From NCBI GenBank assembly GCA_963662545.2, contig CAXXLL010000002.1:1856001-1920000 (forward strand): a stretch of 64,000 bases of DNA. Reading direction: 5' to 3'. The position numbers were made by a program, and so were the translations under genes. Within the stretch, counting starts at the first letter, position 1, and the number at the start of each line of letters is the position of its first letter. The notes under the pieces were generated by a model. The model did not search any database, had not been told where the DNA came from, and saw only the letters and a program-made list of their open reading frames with translations. Positions 1 to 8,803 of this stretch are shown in pieces. Source of the DNA: Gammaproteobacteria bacterium (GTDB taxonomy: Bacteria > Pseudomonadota > Gammaproteobacteria > Ga0077536).

Positions 1-48
1 ACACAGCGCGCCCACCCATCGAAAGAGTTCATTGCAGCCGGCGTGCCT

Positions 49-507
49 TCAACCGACAAGTAGTTCCGTCGGGCCGATTTCGTTTTGTACCGGCGCCGCG
101 CCTTGCCCCTCGACTTCTCCCTCGATGGCCTTCCAGGCGAGCCGTCCCTCGATCAGCAGCGCTTCGACTTCATTTAGCTTGCGCCGATCGCTATTGAGGT
201 TGGCTTCGACCAGAGTACGGACCATGTATTCGTAGAGCCGGTCCAGGTTCGATGCGAGTTCGCCGCCCTTTTCCATGTTGAGGCTGGCTCGCAGTCCGTC
301 GATGATCGATATCGCCCAGCTTATATTCGTGCCTTTAGCGGCAATTTCGTCTCTTTCCATAGCCAGTCGCGCCGCACGAATCTTGTCGATCGCACCATCG
401 ATCAGCAGCAGGATCAGTCGATGGGGGGATGCCGTTTCAATGTCCGTTCTCAAGCCGAGCCGGGCGTACTCGTCGACTGCATTCAGAACGTTTTGCGATT
501 GACCCAT
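49..507 (-). CDS. fliS: Flagellar export chaperone FliS
   Basis: ASPHRLILLLIDGAI and ELASNLDRLYEYM motifs; directly downstream of fliD. Confidence 0.95.
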   Translation of the reverse strand: MGQSQNVLNAVDEYARLGLRTDIETASPHRLILLLIDGAIDKIRAARLAMERDEIAAKGTNISWAISIIDGLRASLNMEKGGELASNLDRLYEYMVRTLVEANLNSDRRKLNEVEALLIEGRLAWKAIEGEVEGQGAAPVQNEIGPTELLVG

Positions 508-600
508 GTTGTTTCCCTCTTCGTTCGTGTCCGATTCGCCGAATTCCCTTACGATTGATCGACAGGCCGTGAAATTTCTTCCCTCGTCATTTCTTTATCG

Positions 601-1962
601 TCATGAATTGTTAAACCTGAAGTTCGTCGTTGCAGCGATTTGCTCGAGCTGAACAGTCAGGAAGCTGCTCGTCGAATTCAGTTGCGCGATCAAGGTGTCA
701 AGCGCAGTGAATTGAGCGACCAGGGTTGCTTCCTTTTGCGCTAGACGGAATTCGAGGTTGAGGCGTCGATCCTCGAGTTCCTTGATCTGTTGGTTGAGAC
801 TCTCCTCGCGGCTGTCGAACAATCCACCCGACTCCAGTAGCGTGCCGGCCAGGGCCTCGAAGCGGACCGCGATCCCGCCGGGATCATTGGAGAAGAGGTC
901 CGCGATCCCGTCGGGGTCGGTCGCGAGTGCGCTCTCAAGGACCGTTGAGTCCAGCGTCAACTGTCCGTCGAGTTGTGTCGACACCCCAAGCTCGAACAGA
1001 AATTGGAAGGCGCCCGATGCCGCCCCCGCGGTGTTGAGAATACCGCGAAACTGCGATTCTAAGCTCAGAAGCGAGGCACGATCGGTGCGGAGTACATCAC
1101 CCTTCAGCTCTTCGATGACGCTGATGATCTCGTTGTAGGTACCGATGAATTGGTTGACGGACCCCGTGATCTTGGCCGTATCCAAGTCGATGTCGAGCGT
1201 GGTCGTACCCGCGCTTTCGAGATTGAGCGTAATACCCTGGATGACGTCGCTGATCGTGTTCGTACCGCGCGTCACCGTAAAACTGTTTTCGATGGTCAAC
1301 ACGGCGTCCAGATCCGCACTGGTAAACGTGCCACTCCCGTCGCGGTCGGCATTGAGATCTTGCAGGCTGAACGGATCAATGCCGCTGTAGGCAACACTGA
1401 TGAACTCGGCGGACCCGGTGTCATCAGCCGACAGGGTCAGGTGATAGCCCGTATCGTCCTGCAGGGTGGACGCCGTAACGCCTGCATTGTCGCTGGCGCC
1501 GTTGACGGCATTGCGAATCTCATCGAGGCTCTTACCACCGATATCGACGACGAACGCAGTGCCGCCGACTGTTATTGTCATGGTATCGCCCGGGTTACCG
1601 ATGAGAGTCGTATCGGTATCGGCGAAGACGTTCGCGGCCGCCATGCGGTGATTTTCCGCGATACGGTTTACCTGCACGTTGAAAACACCCTTGGCCGCAC
1701 TGCTGTCCGCAGTCGCCGTCAGGACGTCCTCGTCGGATGAACCGACCGCGAAGAATTTGAATTGGTCCGGATCGCTCAGATTCTGCATCGCGCTCTGGAA
1801 AATCGAGACCGTGCTCTTGAGCTTACCGATGCCGCTCAACTGTGCCTGGAGCTCAATCTTGTCGACGCTGAGCTGCACCAGCGGCCGCCGTTCGATAGCA
1901 ATCAGCTGGTTGATGATACTCGTGATGTCAAGGCCGGAACCGATTCCCGGGCTGCTCAGCAT
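601..1962 (-). CDS. fliD: Flagellar filament cap protein FliD
   Basis: N-terminal SSPGIGSGLDITSII; C-terminal QFTALDTLIAQLNSTSSFL; fliC-flaG-fliD-fliS synteny. Confidence 0.95.
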   Translation of the reverse strand: MLSSPGIGSGLDITSIINQLIAIERRPLVQLSVDKIELQAQLSGIGKLKSTVSIFQSAMQNLSDPDQFKFFAVGSSDEDVLTATADSSAAKGVFNVQVNRIAENHRMAAANVFADTDTTLIGNPGDTMTITVGGTAFVVDIGGKSLDEIRNAVNGASDNAGVTASTLQDDTGYHLTLSADDTGSAEFISVAYSGIDPFSLQDLNADRDGSGTFTSADLDAVLTIENSFTVTRGTNTISDVIQGITLNLESAGTTTLDIDLDTAKITGSVNQFIGTYNEIISVIEELKGDVLRTDRASLLSLESQFRGILNTAGAASGAFQFLFELGVSTQLDGQLTLDSTVLESALATDPDGIADLFSNDPGGIAVRFEALAGTLLESGGLFDSREESLNQQIKELEDRRLNLEFRLAQKEATLVAQFTALDTLIAQLNSTSSFLTVQLEQIAATTNFRFNNS

Positions 1963-2022
1963 GGCGATTCTCGCAGGTCAGAAAGCAAAACTAACGATTG
2001 GGCCTGCAATATCGGGGCCACT

Positions 2023-2415
2023 TCAGGCGGTTTCGACGACGAACAGGCCCGAGAGGTCTTCGAGACGTTGGGCGAGTGCGAGGACCTCCTTGGGTGGAAT
2101 CTGGCGGATCACCTCGTTGGTCTCCTTATCGACCACGGTAATCACTGTGCGCCCGCTGATTTCGTCCACAGTGAACTCGAGCGAACGCTGTACGGTTCTT
2201 ATGTTCTGTGAGATGTCTTTGAGCGCGGCCTGCAGCGCGTCGGAATCAACCTGCGGGATGGTGTTTGACGGTGCCGGAGACAACACGGCGACGGAGGCTG
2301 CAGGCGAATGTTTGGCCTCAATCGCCGCCAGCGCCGGCGTGCCGGCTGCGTGCCGCAATGATCCCACTTCACGCAGCGCCGCCTGGATCCTGTTGGCTGC
2401 GACCTGAGCGACCAT
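2023..2415 (-). CDS. flaG: Flagellar protein FlaG
   Basis: LEFTVDE...VVDKETNEVIRQIPPKEVL FlaG signature; lies between fliC and fliD. Confidence 0.92.
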   Translation of the reverse strand: MVAQVAANRIQAALREVGSLRHAAGTPALAAIEAKHSPAASVAVLSPAPSNTIPQVDSDALQAALKDISQNIRTVQRSLEFTVDEISGRTVITVVDKETNEVIRQIPPKEVLALAQRLEDLSGLFVVETA

Positions 2416-2438
2416 TACGCTACCTCTCGTTGGTAAGT

Positions 2439-2465
2439 GTGCCCGGACCGCATCGGTCCGGGCAC
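2439..2465 (-). terminator. Stem-loop downstream of fliC (terminator or mRNA-stabilising hairpin)
   Basis: Perfect 12-bp stem GTGCCCGGACCG-cat-CGGTCCGGGCAC about 30 nt after the fliC stop; weak U-tract. Confidence 0.6.
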
Positions 2466-2493
2466 TTTATTATGGGATGTTTGTCTTATTGGC

Positions 2494-3972
2494 CTACTGC
2501 AACAGCGCCAATACGGCCTGCGGTACGGCGTTGGCCTGCGAGACCATCGCTATACCTGCCTGCTGCAGTATTTGCGCGCGGATCAAGTTGGCCGATTCCA
2601 TGGCGAAATCCGCGTCCTGGATCCGTCCACGCGCGGCGGAGATGTTCTCCCGCACGTTTTCCAGGTTGCGCACGACCGCCTCGAAACGGTTCAGCTTGGC
2701 GCCGAGAATGGCGCGGTCACCGTTGATCGAATCGATGGCGCCCTGGAAGGACAACAGGGCCAAGTTGGCCGCCGTAGCGGTCAAGACCGTCTGCGCATTG
2801 ACTGGCGCGTCGGTGAGCGTGGTCGTCGCCGAGCTGACACCTGTAACCGCTAAGCCGGTGGCGGCTGCGTCGTAGGTGACCGTGTTGGTGCCCAGGTCGT
2901 CGTTAAGCACGATCAGGCCATTTGCCCCTGCATCGACCGAAGTCGTGCCGATCGCAAAGCCCGTGATGTCGTCGACGTTGGCATCGTTGAGGGTCACGGT
3001 GATGGCCGCGCCCGTGCTGTTCAGCAGCACCAGACGATTCTGGTTCGCCGCGGCGCCCGCATCGCGTACGGCCGTCACGCCATGCTGGCCCGTCAAGGCG
3101 TTGATGTTGGTGATGAGGTCGTCCATGGTCGTCAGCGCGCCATTGCCGTCGACGCTGATGCCATTGATGGTGAGGGCATTGCTGCCGACGGTCAGGCCGA
3201 CGGCGCCGGTTGCGTTGGCATCGGTGACGTCGGTGCTGGCCACGGCGGCATTGCCGTAGCTGAACGCCGTGACGCCGGTCGAGCCCGTCACGTTGTTGAT
3301 GGCGTCGATCTTGGTGATCGAATTGGAGCTGGCCGCCACGGCTGCCAGCACGATGCCGTTCAGCGCGTCGGCGGCACCGTCGAACACGCCATCGAAGGTG
3401 TTCCTGATGCGGTCGGCAAAGGTGGCGCCGAGACCGAGGGCATCGACCGCCGTGTATTCTGAAGCGACACCGAGTCCAGTCGGCGACAGGTTGCTGATCG
3501 CAATGTTAATGGTCTCGTTGACGTTCGTGCCGACCTGTATATCGGCGCTAAAGCCGCCGGTCAGGAGTTTCTCGCCGTTGTAACGGGTCTGGTTCACCAC
3601 CCGGCTCAATTCGTCGAGGATTTGGCTAACTTCCTGGTTCAGCGAAGTGCGGTCCGCACTGGTGTTATAGCTGGCAGCCTGCAGCGCCAGGTCATTGGCG
3701 CGGTTCAGCGCCTTGACCATTTCGTCCATCGAGCCTTCCGCCGTCTGCGCGACGGAAATACCGTCGTTGGCGTTGCGGATGGCCACGGACAGGCCGCTGA
3801 CCTGCACGCTCATGCGCGTTGCAATCGCGAGACCAGCGGCGTCGTCCTTGGCCGAATTAATGCGCAAACCGGACGACAGACGCTGAATCGACGTCGCCAG
3901 ATCGCTTTGCGTACGGTTCAGGTAACGCTGCGCCGTCATGGAAATGATGTTGGTATTAATCGTTTGAGGCAT
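2494..3972 (-). CDS. fliC: Flagellin
   Basis: MPQTINTN start with AGGAGG RBS; QRLSSGLRINSAKDDAAGL; C-terminal RIQDADFAME...QANAVPQAVLALLQ; start moved from 3996 to 3972. Confidence 0.97.
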   Translation of the reverse strand: MPQTINTNIISMTAQRYLNRTQSDLATSIQRLSSGLRINSAKDDAAGLAIATRMSVQVSGLSVAIRNANDGISVAQTAEGSMDEMVKALNRANDLALQAASYNTSADRTSLNQEVSQILDELSRVVNQTRYNGEKLLTGGFSADIQVGTNVNETINIAISNLSPTGLGVASEYTAVDALGLGATFADRIRNTFDGVFDGAADALNGIVLAAVAASSNSITKIDAINNVTGSTGVTAFSYGNAAVASTDVTDANATGAVGLTVGSNALTINGISVDGNGALTTMDDLITNINALTGQHGVTAVRDAGAAANQNRLVLLNSTGAAITVTLNDANVDDITGFAIGTTSVDAGANGLIVLNDDLGTNTVTYDAAATGLAVTGVSSATTTLTDAPVNAQTVLTATAANLALLSFQGAIDSINGDRAILGAKLNRFEAVVRNLENVRENISAARGRIQDADFAMESANLIRAQILQQAGIAMVSQANAVPQAVLALLQ

Positions 3973-4072
3973 GAGTAGACCTCCTAATGAGGACACCCGC
4001 GTGTCGGCCGGCGTCGTGCAATATTGACGGATATATCCTATAAAATCGGATATTCACCGCCTCCGACGAGAA

Positions 4073-4100
4073 ATATCGGGAGTGGCGCGGTAAAACTTTA
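4073..4100 (-). promoter_or_regulatory. Sigma-28 (FliA)-type promoter of fliC
   Basis: Minus strand TAAA-N16-CCCGATAT (TAAAGTTT extended -35), close to TAAA-N15/16-GCCGATA(A/T), about 100 nt upstream of fliC. Confidence 0.75.
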
Positions 4101-4206
4101 GGGGAATCGGCAAGGCTTGCCGGAACGCCGGCAAAAGGGTGCCGGCCAGCCCGCCTTCGGCCTGAGTCGGGTGCCGGCTCGGACGGCGTTGAACGCCTGC
4201 TCTATC

Positions 4207-4872
4207 TCAGGCCGCTTTCGCCGTCCATGTCGGCGTTTCTTCATCGATGACCGCCTTGAAACTCGGGCGTTCGAACATCGATGAGACGTAACTCGCGAGC
4301 CGCGGCCAACGCGCCGCATCGACGGCGATCCCGGCATGCTTCAGATTGACGTGGATCGAGACGACGGCAATGTCAGCGATGGTGAGGGCGTCACCGACGA
4401 AGAATTTCTTATCGGCGATTTCCTTTTCGAGATAGTTCCAGAAGACTGGAAATTCCTCGGCGACGACCTTTCGAACAGCGTCCCTGACCTCTTCACTGGG
4501 CGGTTTCTTGTCGAGCATAGGACTGACCACTAGGGGAAAAAAGACCTTGCCGCCCGCCACCGGCACGAATCCGGCGTCGATGAACTCTTCCAGCCATAGT
4601 GCTCGGATGTAAGCGTCGTCATCGGCTGGAATCAACGCGGGGGCAGGATTTTTGCGCTCGATATACTGGCAGATGCAGGTCGAATCGTTGATGATTTTGT
4701 CGCCGTCCAAAAACGCAGGGATCTTGCCCAGGGGACTGATCTCGCGCCATCCCTCGGGCGGGGAGAACGGGCTCACCTGCTCGTAATCGTATTCGATGCC
4801 TTTTTCCGCCAGAAATACACGCACTTTGCGGACGAAAGGCGATACGTTGCCGCCCATTAGTTTGTATGTCAT
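4207..4872 (-). CDS. Glutathione S-transferase family protein
   Basis: SPFVRKVR, SPLGKIP, DSTCICQY, FFVGDALTIADI motifs; GAAGGAG RBS before ATG 4872. Confidence 0.9.
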   Translation of the reverse strand: MTYKLMGGNVSPFVRKVRVFLAEKGIEYDYEQVSPFSPPEGWREISPLGKIPAFLDGDKIINDSTCICQYIERKNPAPALIPADDDAYIRALWLEEFIDAGFVPVAGGKVFFPLVVSPMLDKKPPSEEVRDAVRKVVAEEFPVFWNYLEKEIADKKFFVGDALTIADIAVVSIHVNLKHAGIAVDAARWPRLASYVSSMFERPSFKAVIDEETPTWTAKAA

Positions 4873-4933
4873 AGCCCTTACTCCTTCAAAATACCGCGTC
4901 GCCGCGCGCGACACCGCTCAAATCTGTGAGGCT

Positions 4934-5716
4934 TTAGCGAGCACGCTTCAGTGTGTCGCGATCGAAATTCCGGTCTTTAAGCCCGGTCTGGAACTGGTAG
5001 TTCCCCCAGTTCAACTCGGTACTCTTCCCGGTCTGGTGGTTGATCATGTGCATGCGCCCGGGACGCCAATAGCGGCCGAGATACTGCTGGTAATCGCTCG
5101 ACGTGAGTGTTTTCAGCTCAGCGTTCTTGCGGTCGAAGAATTCGATCTGGAGTGGTTGGTACATCTCCTTGTCGAGCCAGACGATCTGCCGTACATAACC
5201 CGAATTCTCATAGACGGGATAGGCTTCGATGACGAAAACGGGGCGGCCGTCGAATTCATCGTCGCGCAGCCATTTGTACGTGTACTTTTCGATTTCCTGC
5301 GATGTCAAATCCTCGTATGCGAACTCGCTACCGACGAACGGCCCGGACTTGTTGGCCGACGCGATGCGTTTGACGCGTTTGAGTGCCGGCAGGTAGAGCC
5401 ATTGATCGTCGGGCTTTAGCGCATGGGTGTAACTCAGAAACGCGGTGCCCTTGATGTCTTTCGGGGAATTGAACACCGACAGGCTCTTGTCGCCGTCGCC
5501 ATCGACTTCGAGGGTGTTGATGCTGAGGCTGCGCCGGCTTTCCTCGCCTTGCTTGTTGCGCAGGATCATTTCCATTTCGGCTTTCGCGTCGATCCAGCCT
5601 AGATCGCGTTTATCGGCCTCGATCGCAATGGCCAGGCCTTTTTCTTCCGGCGTCTCCGCGCTGAGGCTAAGCGGCAGCAGTGCGATCAGTATCGCTGGCA
5701 ACCATCGAGACATCAT
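4934..5716 (-). CDS. Outer-membrane lipoprotein-sorting (LolA-like) protein
   Basis: Signal peptide; DDQWLYLPALKRVKRI and FVGSEFAYEDL signatures; follows an MMPL gene; start could be 5713-5722. Confidence 0.88.
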   Translation of the reverse strand: MMSRWLPAILIALLPLSLSAETPEEKGLAIAIEADKRDLGWIDAKAEMEMILRNKQGEESRRSLSINTLEVDGDGDKSLSVFNSPKDIKGTAFLSYTHALKPDDQWLYLPALKRVKRIASANKSGPFVGSEFAYEDLTSQEIEKYTYKWLRDDEFDGRPVFVIEAYPVYENSGYVRQIVWLDKEMYQPLQIEFFDRKNAELKTLTSSDYQQYLGRYWRPGRMHMINHQTGKSTELNWGNYQFQTGLKDRNFDRDTLKRAR

Positions 5717-8009
5717 CGTCATCTCCTTCGATTTTCATGAGTAAGGGAGGCAAAAGGAAAAAGGCTGTTAACAGTGCAAGGGATATCACGATAGCACTCA
5801 TCAAGCCCATCCCTGAATTGAGTTCGAAACTCGAGGTCGCGAGCACGAGAAACCCGGCAACCAGCACGACCGAGGTCACAAACAAGGCGTGGCCCACGGT
5901 GCGGAAAGCGTAGCGCACCGCGTCTGGCGGAGGCAGGCGTTTTTCCCTGCGCGCACGAAGATATTTCGAAAGAAAATGAACCGTGTCGTCGACCACGATG
6001 CCGAGCGTCATGCTCGTTACCACCGACAGCGCGAGGCCCACTTGTCCGACGAAGATTCCCCACAGCCCGAACCCCATGGCGGCCGGGACGAGGTTCGGTA
6101 TCAGGCTGAGGAACCCCAGCTTCACCGACCGCAGTGCGAGGATGAGGATCATCGAGATCAACGCCAGCGCTACGGTCGTACCGATGAGCATCGCAGCAAT
6201 ATTGCGCTTGCCGATATTAGAGAACATCAGGTTCATGCCCGCGCTCTGGGCGAACTCGACCGCGGACGCATTCTCGTTCACCCACGCGAGCGCTCGCGCG
6301 TTGAAAGCGATCTGCTCGTTGCTCGAAATGAGCTTCAAAATCACCGACACCCGGGTCGAGGATTTGTCGACGTTGATCTGGTTGTTGAGATCGAGCCCGT
6401 AAGGCAGCGACATTTCGTAGAGCAGCAGATACTGCGCGGCCAATTCGCGATCGCCCGGCAACCGGTAGAAACTCTCGTCGTCCGCATGCATGTTCTTGTT
6501 CAGGCGCTTCATGACGTTGGTGAAGCGGTCGACGTGGACGATTTCGGGCTGCGACTCGAGCCACTGCGCAAACCGTTCGACGTCGCGCTGGAACTCGGGG
6601 TCGCTGATGCCGCCTGATTCGCGCGATTCGAGCGAATAATGGATGGTGTAGAGCCCGGTCAGGTTGTCGAGCACGAAATCGGTGTCTGTTCGAAAGACAA
6701 TGGATTTCCCGAAGTAATGTACGAATACATCGTTGAGTTCGTTGCGCGGCACGTTGACGACCAAGATGACGATGACCGCGGTCATACTCCACAGCAGCGG
6801 CTTGCGGCGTGTAATCACGAATTCAGCGAGGCGCTCCATCGCCGATGTATCACGCTCGGCCCGTTTCGGCGCCCGTACCGGTAACAGTGTCATGACCGAG
6901 GGTAGAAACGTGACGGCCAGCACAAAGGAAACGAGAACGCCGGATGCCACGATGTTGCCGAGTTGACCGAAGGGCGGCACCTCCGAAAAATTGAGGGTAA
7001 GGAATCCGATTGCGGTGGTAATGCTCGCGAGAAACACCGGGTGCAGATTGACCCTCAAGCTCTCCTCCATGGCCGCGATCCGGCTTTCGCCGTGGCGCAG
7101 CCCGTAGAAGAATGTCACCAACAAATGCACGCAATTCGCCATCGACACCGTCAGGATGATGATTGGCGCCGACGATGTTGGGGAAGTCAAAGGGTAGCCT
7201 AGATGTCCGCCGATCCCCATCGCCGCGGTAATCGAAAATCCGATCACCATCAAGGTAACGAACGTACCGAAGAAACCACCGACAAGCACGGCCAATATGA
7301 GCAACATCAAGCCGAAACTGATCGGGATCAACGACGACATGTCGTCCATTGCCGACTCGAAAAAGGTATTGTTCATCACCACCGTGCCGGTGAGATAAAC
7401 ATCGATATCCGGATGCCGTTGCTGGAAATCCGCCACCATGTTACGGATGAATTCGACGACTTCAGGCGAAGCCTCGTTGAGTACTTCGACCGGAAACTGG
7501 GTCGTCACGTTGATCGCCGTGACGTGCCCCCGATCCGAAATCAAACGGCCGTACAGCGCGGGTTCGGCAAAGACCCGTTGCCGCACCCGATCGACTCCTT
7601 CGTCAGACAGGGACAGCGCGTCCTTCACCATGTCGCGCACGATGAGGTCGTCCTCGACGGCCTCGGTGTACTGGAAGTTCGTGATCGAGTCGACGCGGTT
7701 GGAATACGGGACCTGCCAGGCGGATTTCGTCAGCTCTTCGACGGCGGCGAGCGTCTCGCGGCTGAAGACCTGTCCGTCCCCAGGCGCAATCACGATCATT
7801 ACGTTGTCGTTCTTGGTGTAGGTGTTCTCAAGCGCCTCGAAGGCGAGCAACTCCGGGTTGTCCCGGCTGAAGAACACGCGGTAACTTGAATCGAAGTAGA
7901 GCTTCGTGACGCCGTGGCTGCCGGCGAGGATCCCGATCAGCGCCAGCACGATCACCAGCCCCCGGTGCGACAGGATCCATTTCGCGAAAGAAGCTTCTAA
8001 GGCGCCCAT
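5667..8009 (-). CDS. MMPL/RND-family transporter
   Basis: 780 aa, two repeated TM blocks with periplasmic domains, LGIVVDDTVHFL motif. Confidence 0.9.
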   Translation of the reverse strand: MGALEASFAKWILSHRGLVIVLALIGILAGSHGVTKLYFDSSYRVFFSRDNPELLAFEALENTYTKNDNVMIVIAPGDGQVFSRETLAAVEELTKSAWQVPYSNRVDSITNFQYTEAVEDDLIVRDMVKDALSLSDEGVDRVRQRVFAEPALYGRLISDRGHVTAINVTTQFPVEVLNEASPEVVEFIRNMVADFQQRHPDIDVYLTGTVVMNNTFFESAMDDMSSLIPISFGLMLLILAVLVGGFFGTFVTLMVIGFSITAAMGIGGHLGYPLTSPTSSAPIIILTVSMANCVHLLVTFFYGLRHGESRIAAMEESLRVNLHPVFLASITTAIGFLTLNFSEVPPFGQLGNIVASGVLVSFVLAVTFLPSVMTLLPVRAPKRAERDTSAMERLAEFVITRRKPLLWSMTAVIVILVVNVPRNELNDVFVHYFGKSIVFRTDTDFVLDNLTGLYTIHYSLESRESGGISDPEFQRDVERFAQWLESQPEIVHVDRFTNVMKRLNKNMHADDESFYRLPGDRELAAQYLLLYEMSLPYGLDLNNQINVDKSSTRVSVILKLISSNEQIAFNARALAWVNENASAVEFAQSAGMNLMFSNIGKRNIAAMLIGTTVALALISMILILALRSVKLGFLSLIPNLVPAAMGFGLWGIFVGQVGLALSVVTSMTLGIVVDDTVHFLSKYLRARREKRLPPPDAVRYAFRTVGHALFVTSVVLVAGFLVLATSSFELNSGMGLMSAIVISLALLTAFFLLPPLLMKIEGDDDDVSMVASDTDRTAAA

Positions 8010-8067
8010 GTTTTCCGGTTCAAAATCAGAATATCGCCAACCGGGTGCTGAATAATCGCCGCAATAT

Positions 8068-8691
8068 TTACGCCGGTGGCGACACTCTGCCGCTACCGAG
8101 GCCAGCCCGGATCAGCCCGCTGATCCCCCGTGCGCGACGCTCGAACTCTTCGCGCTCGAACAGCCCGATGAACAGCGGCACGTCGAACAAGACGAAAGCA
8201 CTGTATACATCGCGCGCGGTTTCGATGACGTCGTCGACCTCAAATTCGCCGCTCTCTATTCCAGCACTTAATATTTCCGCTATAAGCGCATGATGTATAG
8301 AGATTTTATCGCGAATTAGACTGGGGCGATCACGCGCGATCGTGGCGACCAGTTCGCCGATTTTGGAAGCCGGATCCGCCATTTCGTAGGCGTGCTCAAT
8401 CATCGCAAGTGCGTAGGCAGTGAGCTTATCACCGGGCGACAGGCGCGAGTCGCGTGCCACCGCACGCAGGCGTTCGAGCCGCTCGGTCATACAACGTCCG
8501 GCGCATTCTGCGGCTATTTCCTGCTTGTTCGCGAAATATCGATACAAGTTTGCAGCAGACATGCCCACGTCTTCGGCGATTTCGGCCATGGTCGTCTTGT
8601 GGTAGCCATATTGCAGGAAACGAACCCGCGCAGCGTTCAGGATCTGCTCGCGCGCTAGGTGGGATGCTTCATGGCTGTGATCGTGGGTCAT
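8068..8691 (-). CDS. TetR/AcrR-family transcriptional regulator
   Basis: HTH GYHKTTMAEIAEDVGMSAANLYRYFANKQEI. Confidence 0.93.
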   Translation of the reverse strand: MTHDHSHEASHLAREQILNAARVRFLQYGYHKTTMAEIAEDVGMSAANLYRYFANKQEIAAECAGRCMTERLERLRAVARDSRLSPGDKLTAYALAMIEHAYEMADPASKIGELVATIARDRPSLIRDKISIHHALIAEILSAGIESGEFEVDDVIETARDVYSAFVLFDVPLFIGLFEREEFERRARGISGLIRAGLGSGRVSPPA

Positions 8692-8721
8692 TGTTGCGTC
8701 GCAATATTAACAGGCTGAATA

Positions 8722-8738
8722 CTAAATTTAAAATTTAG
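8722..8738. promoter_or_regulatory. Candidate TetR operator palindrome
   Basis: CTAAATTT-A-AAATTTAG perfect inverted repeat about 30 nt upstream of the tetR start. Confidence 0.5.
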
Positions 8739-8803
8739 ATTTAACCCTGGTCACGAATCGAGTCAGATCCCGCAATATTGCCTCATCGGAACCGCTGCTG
8801 CCT

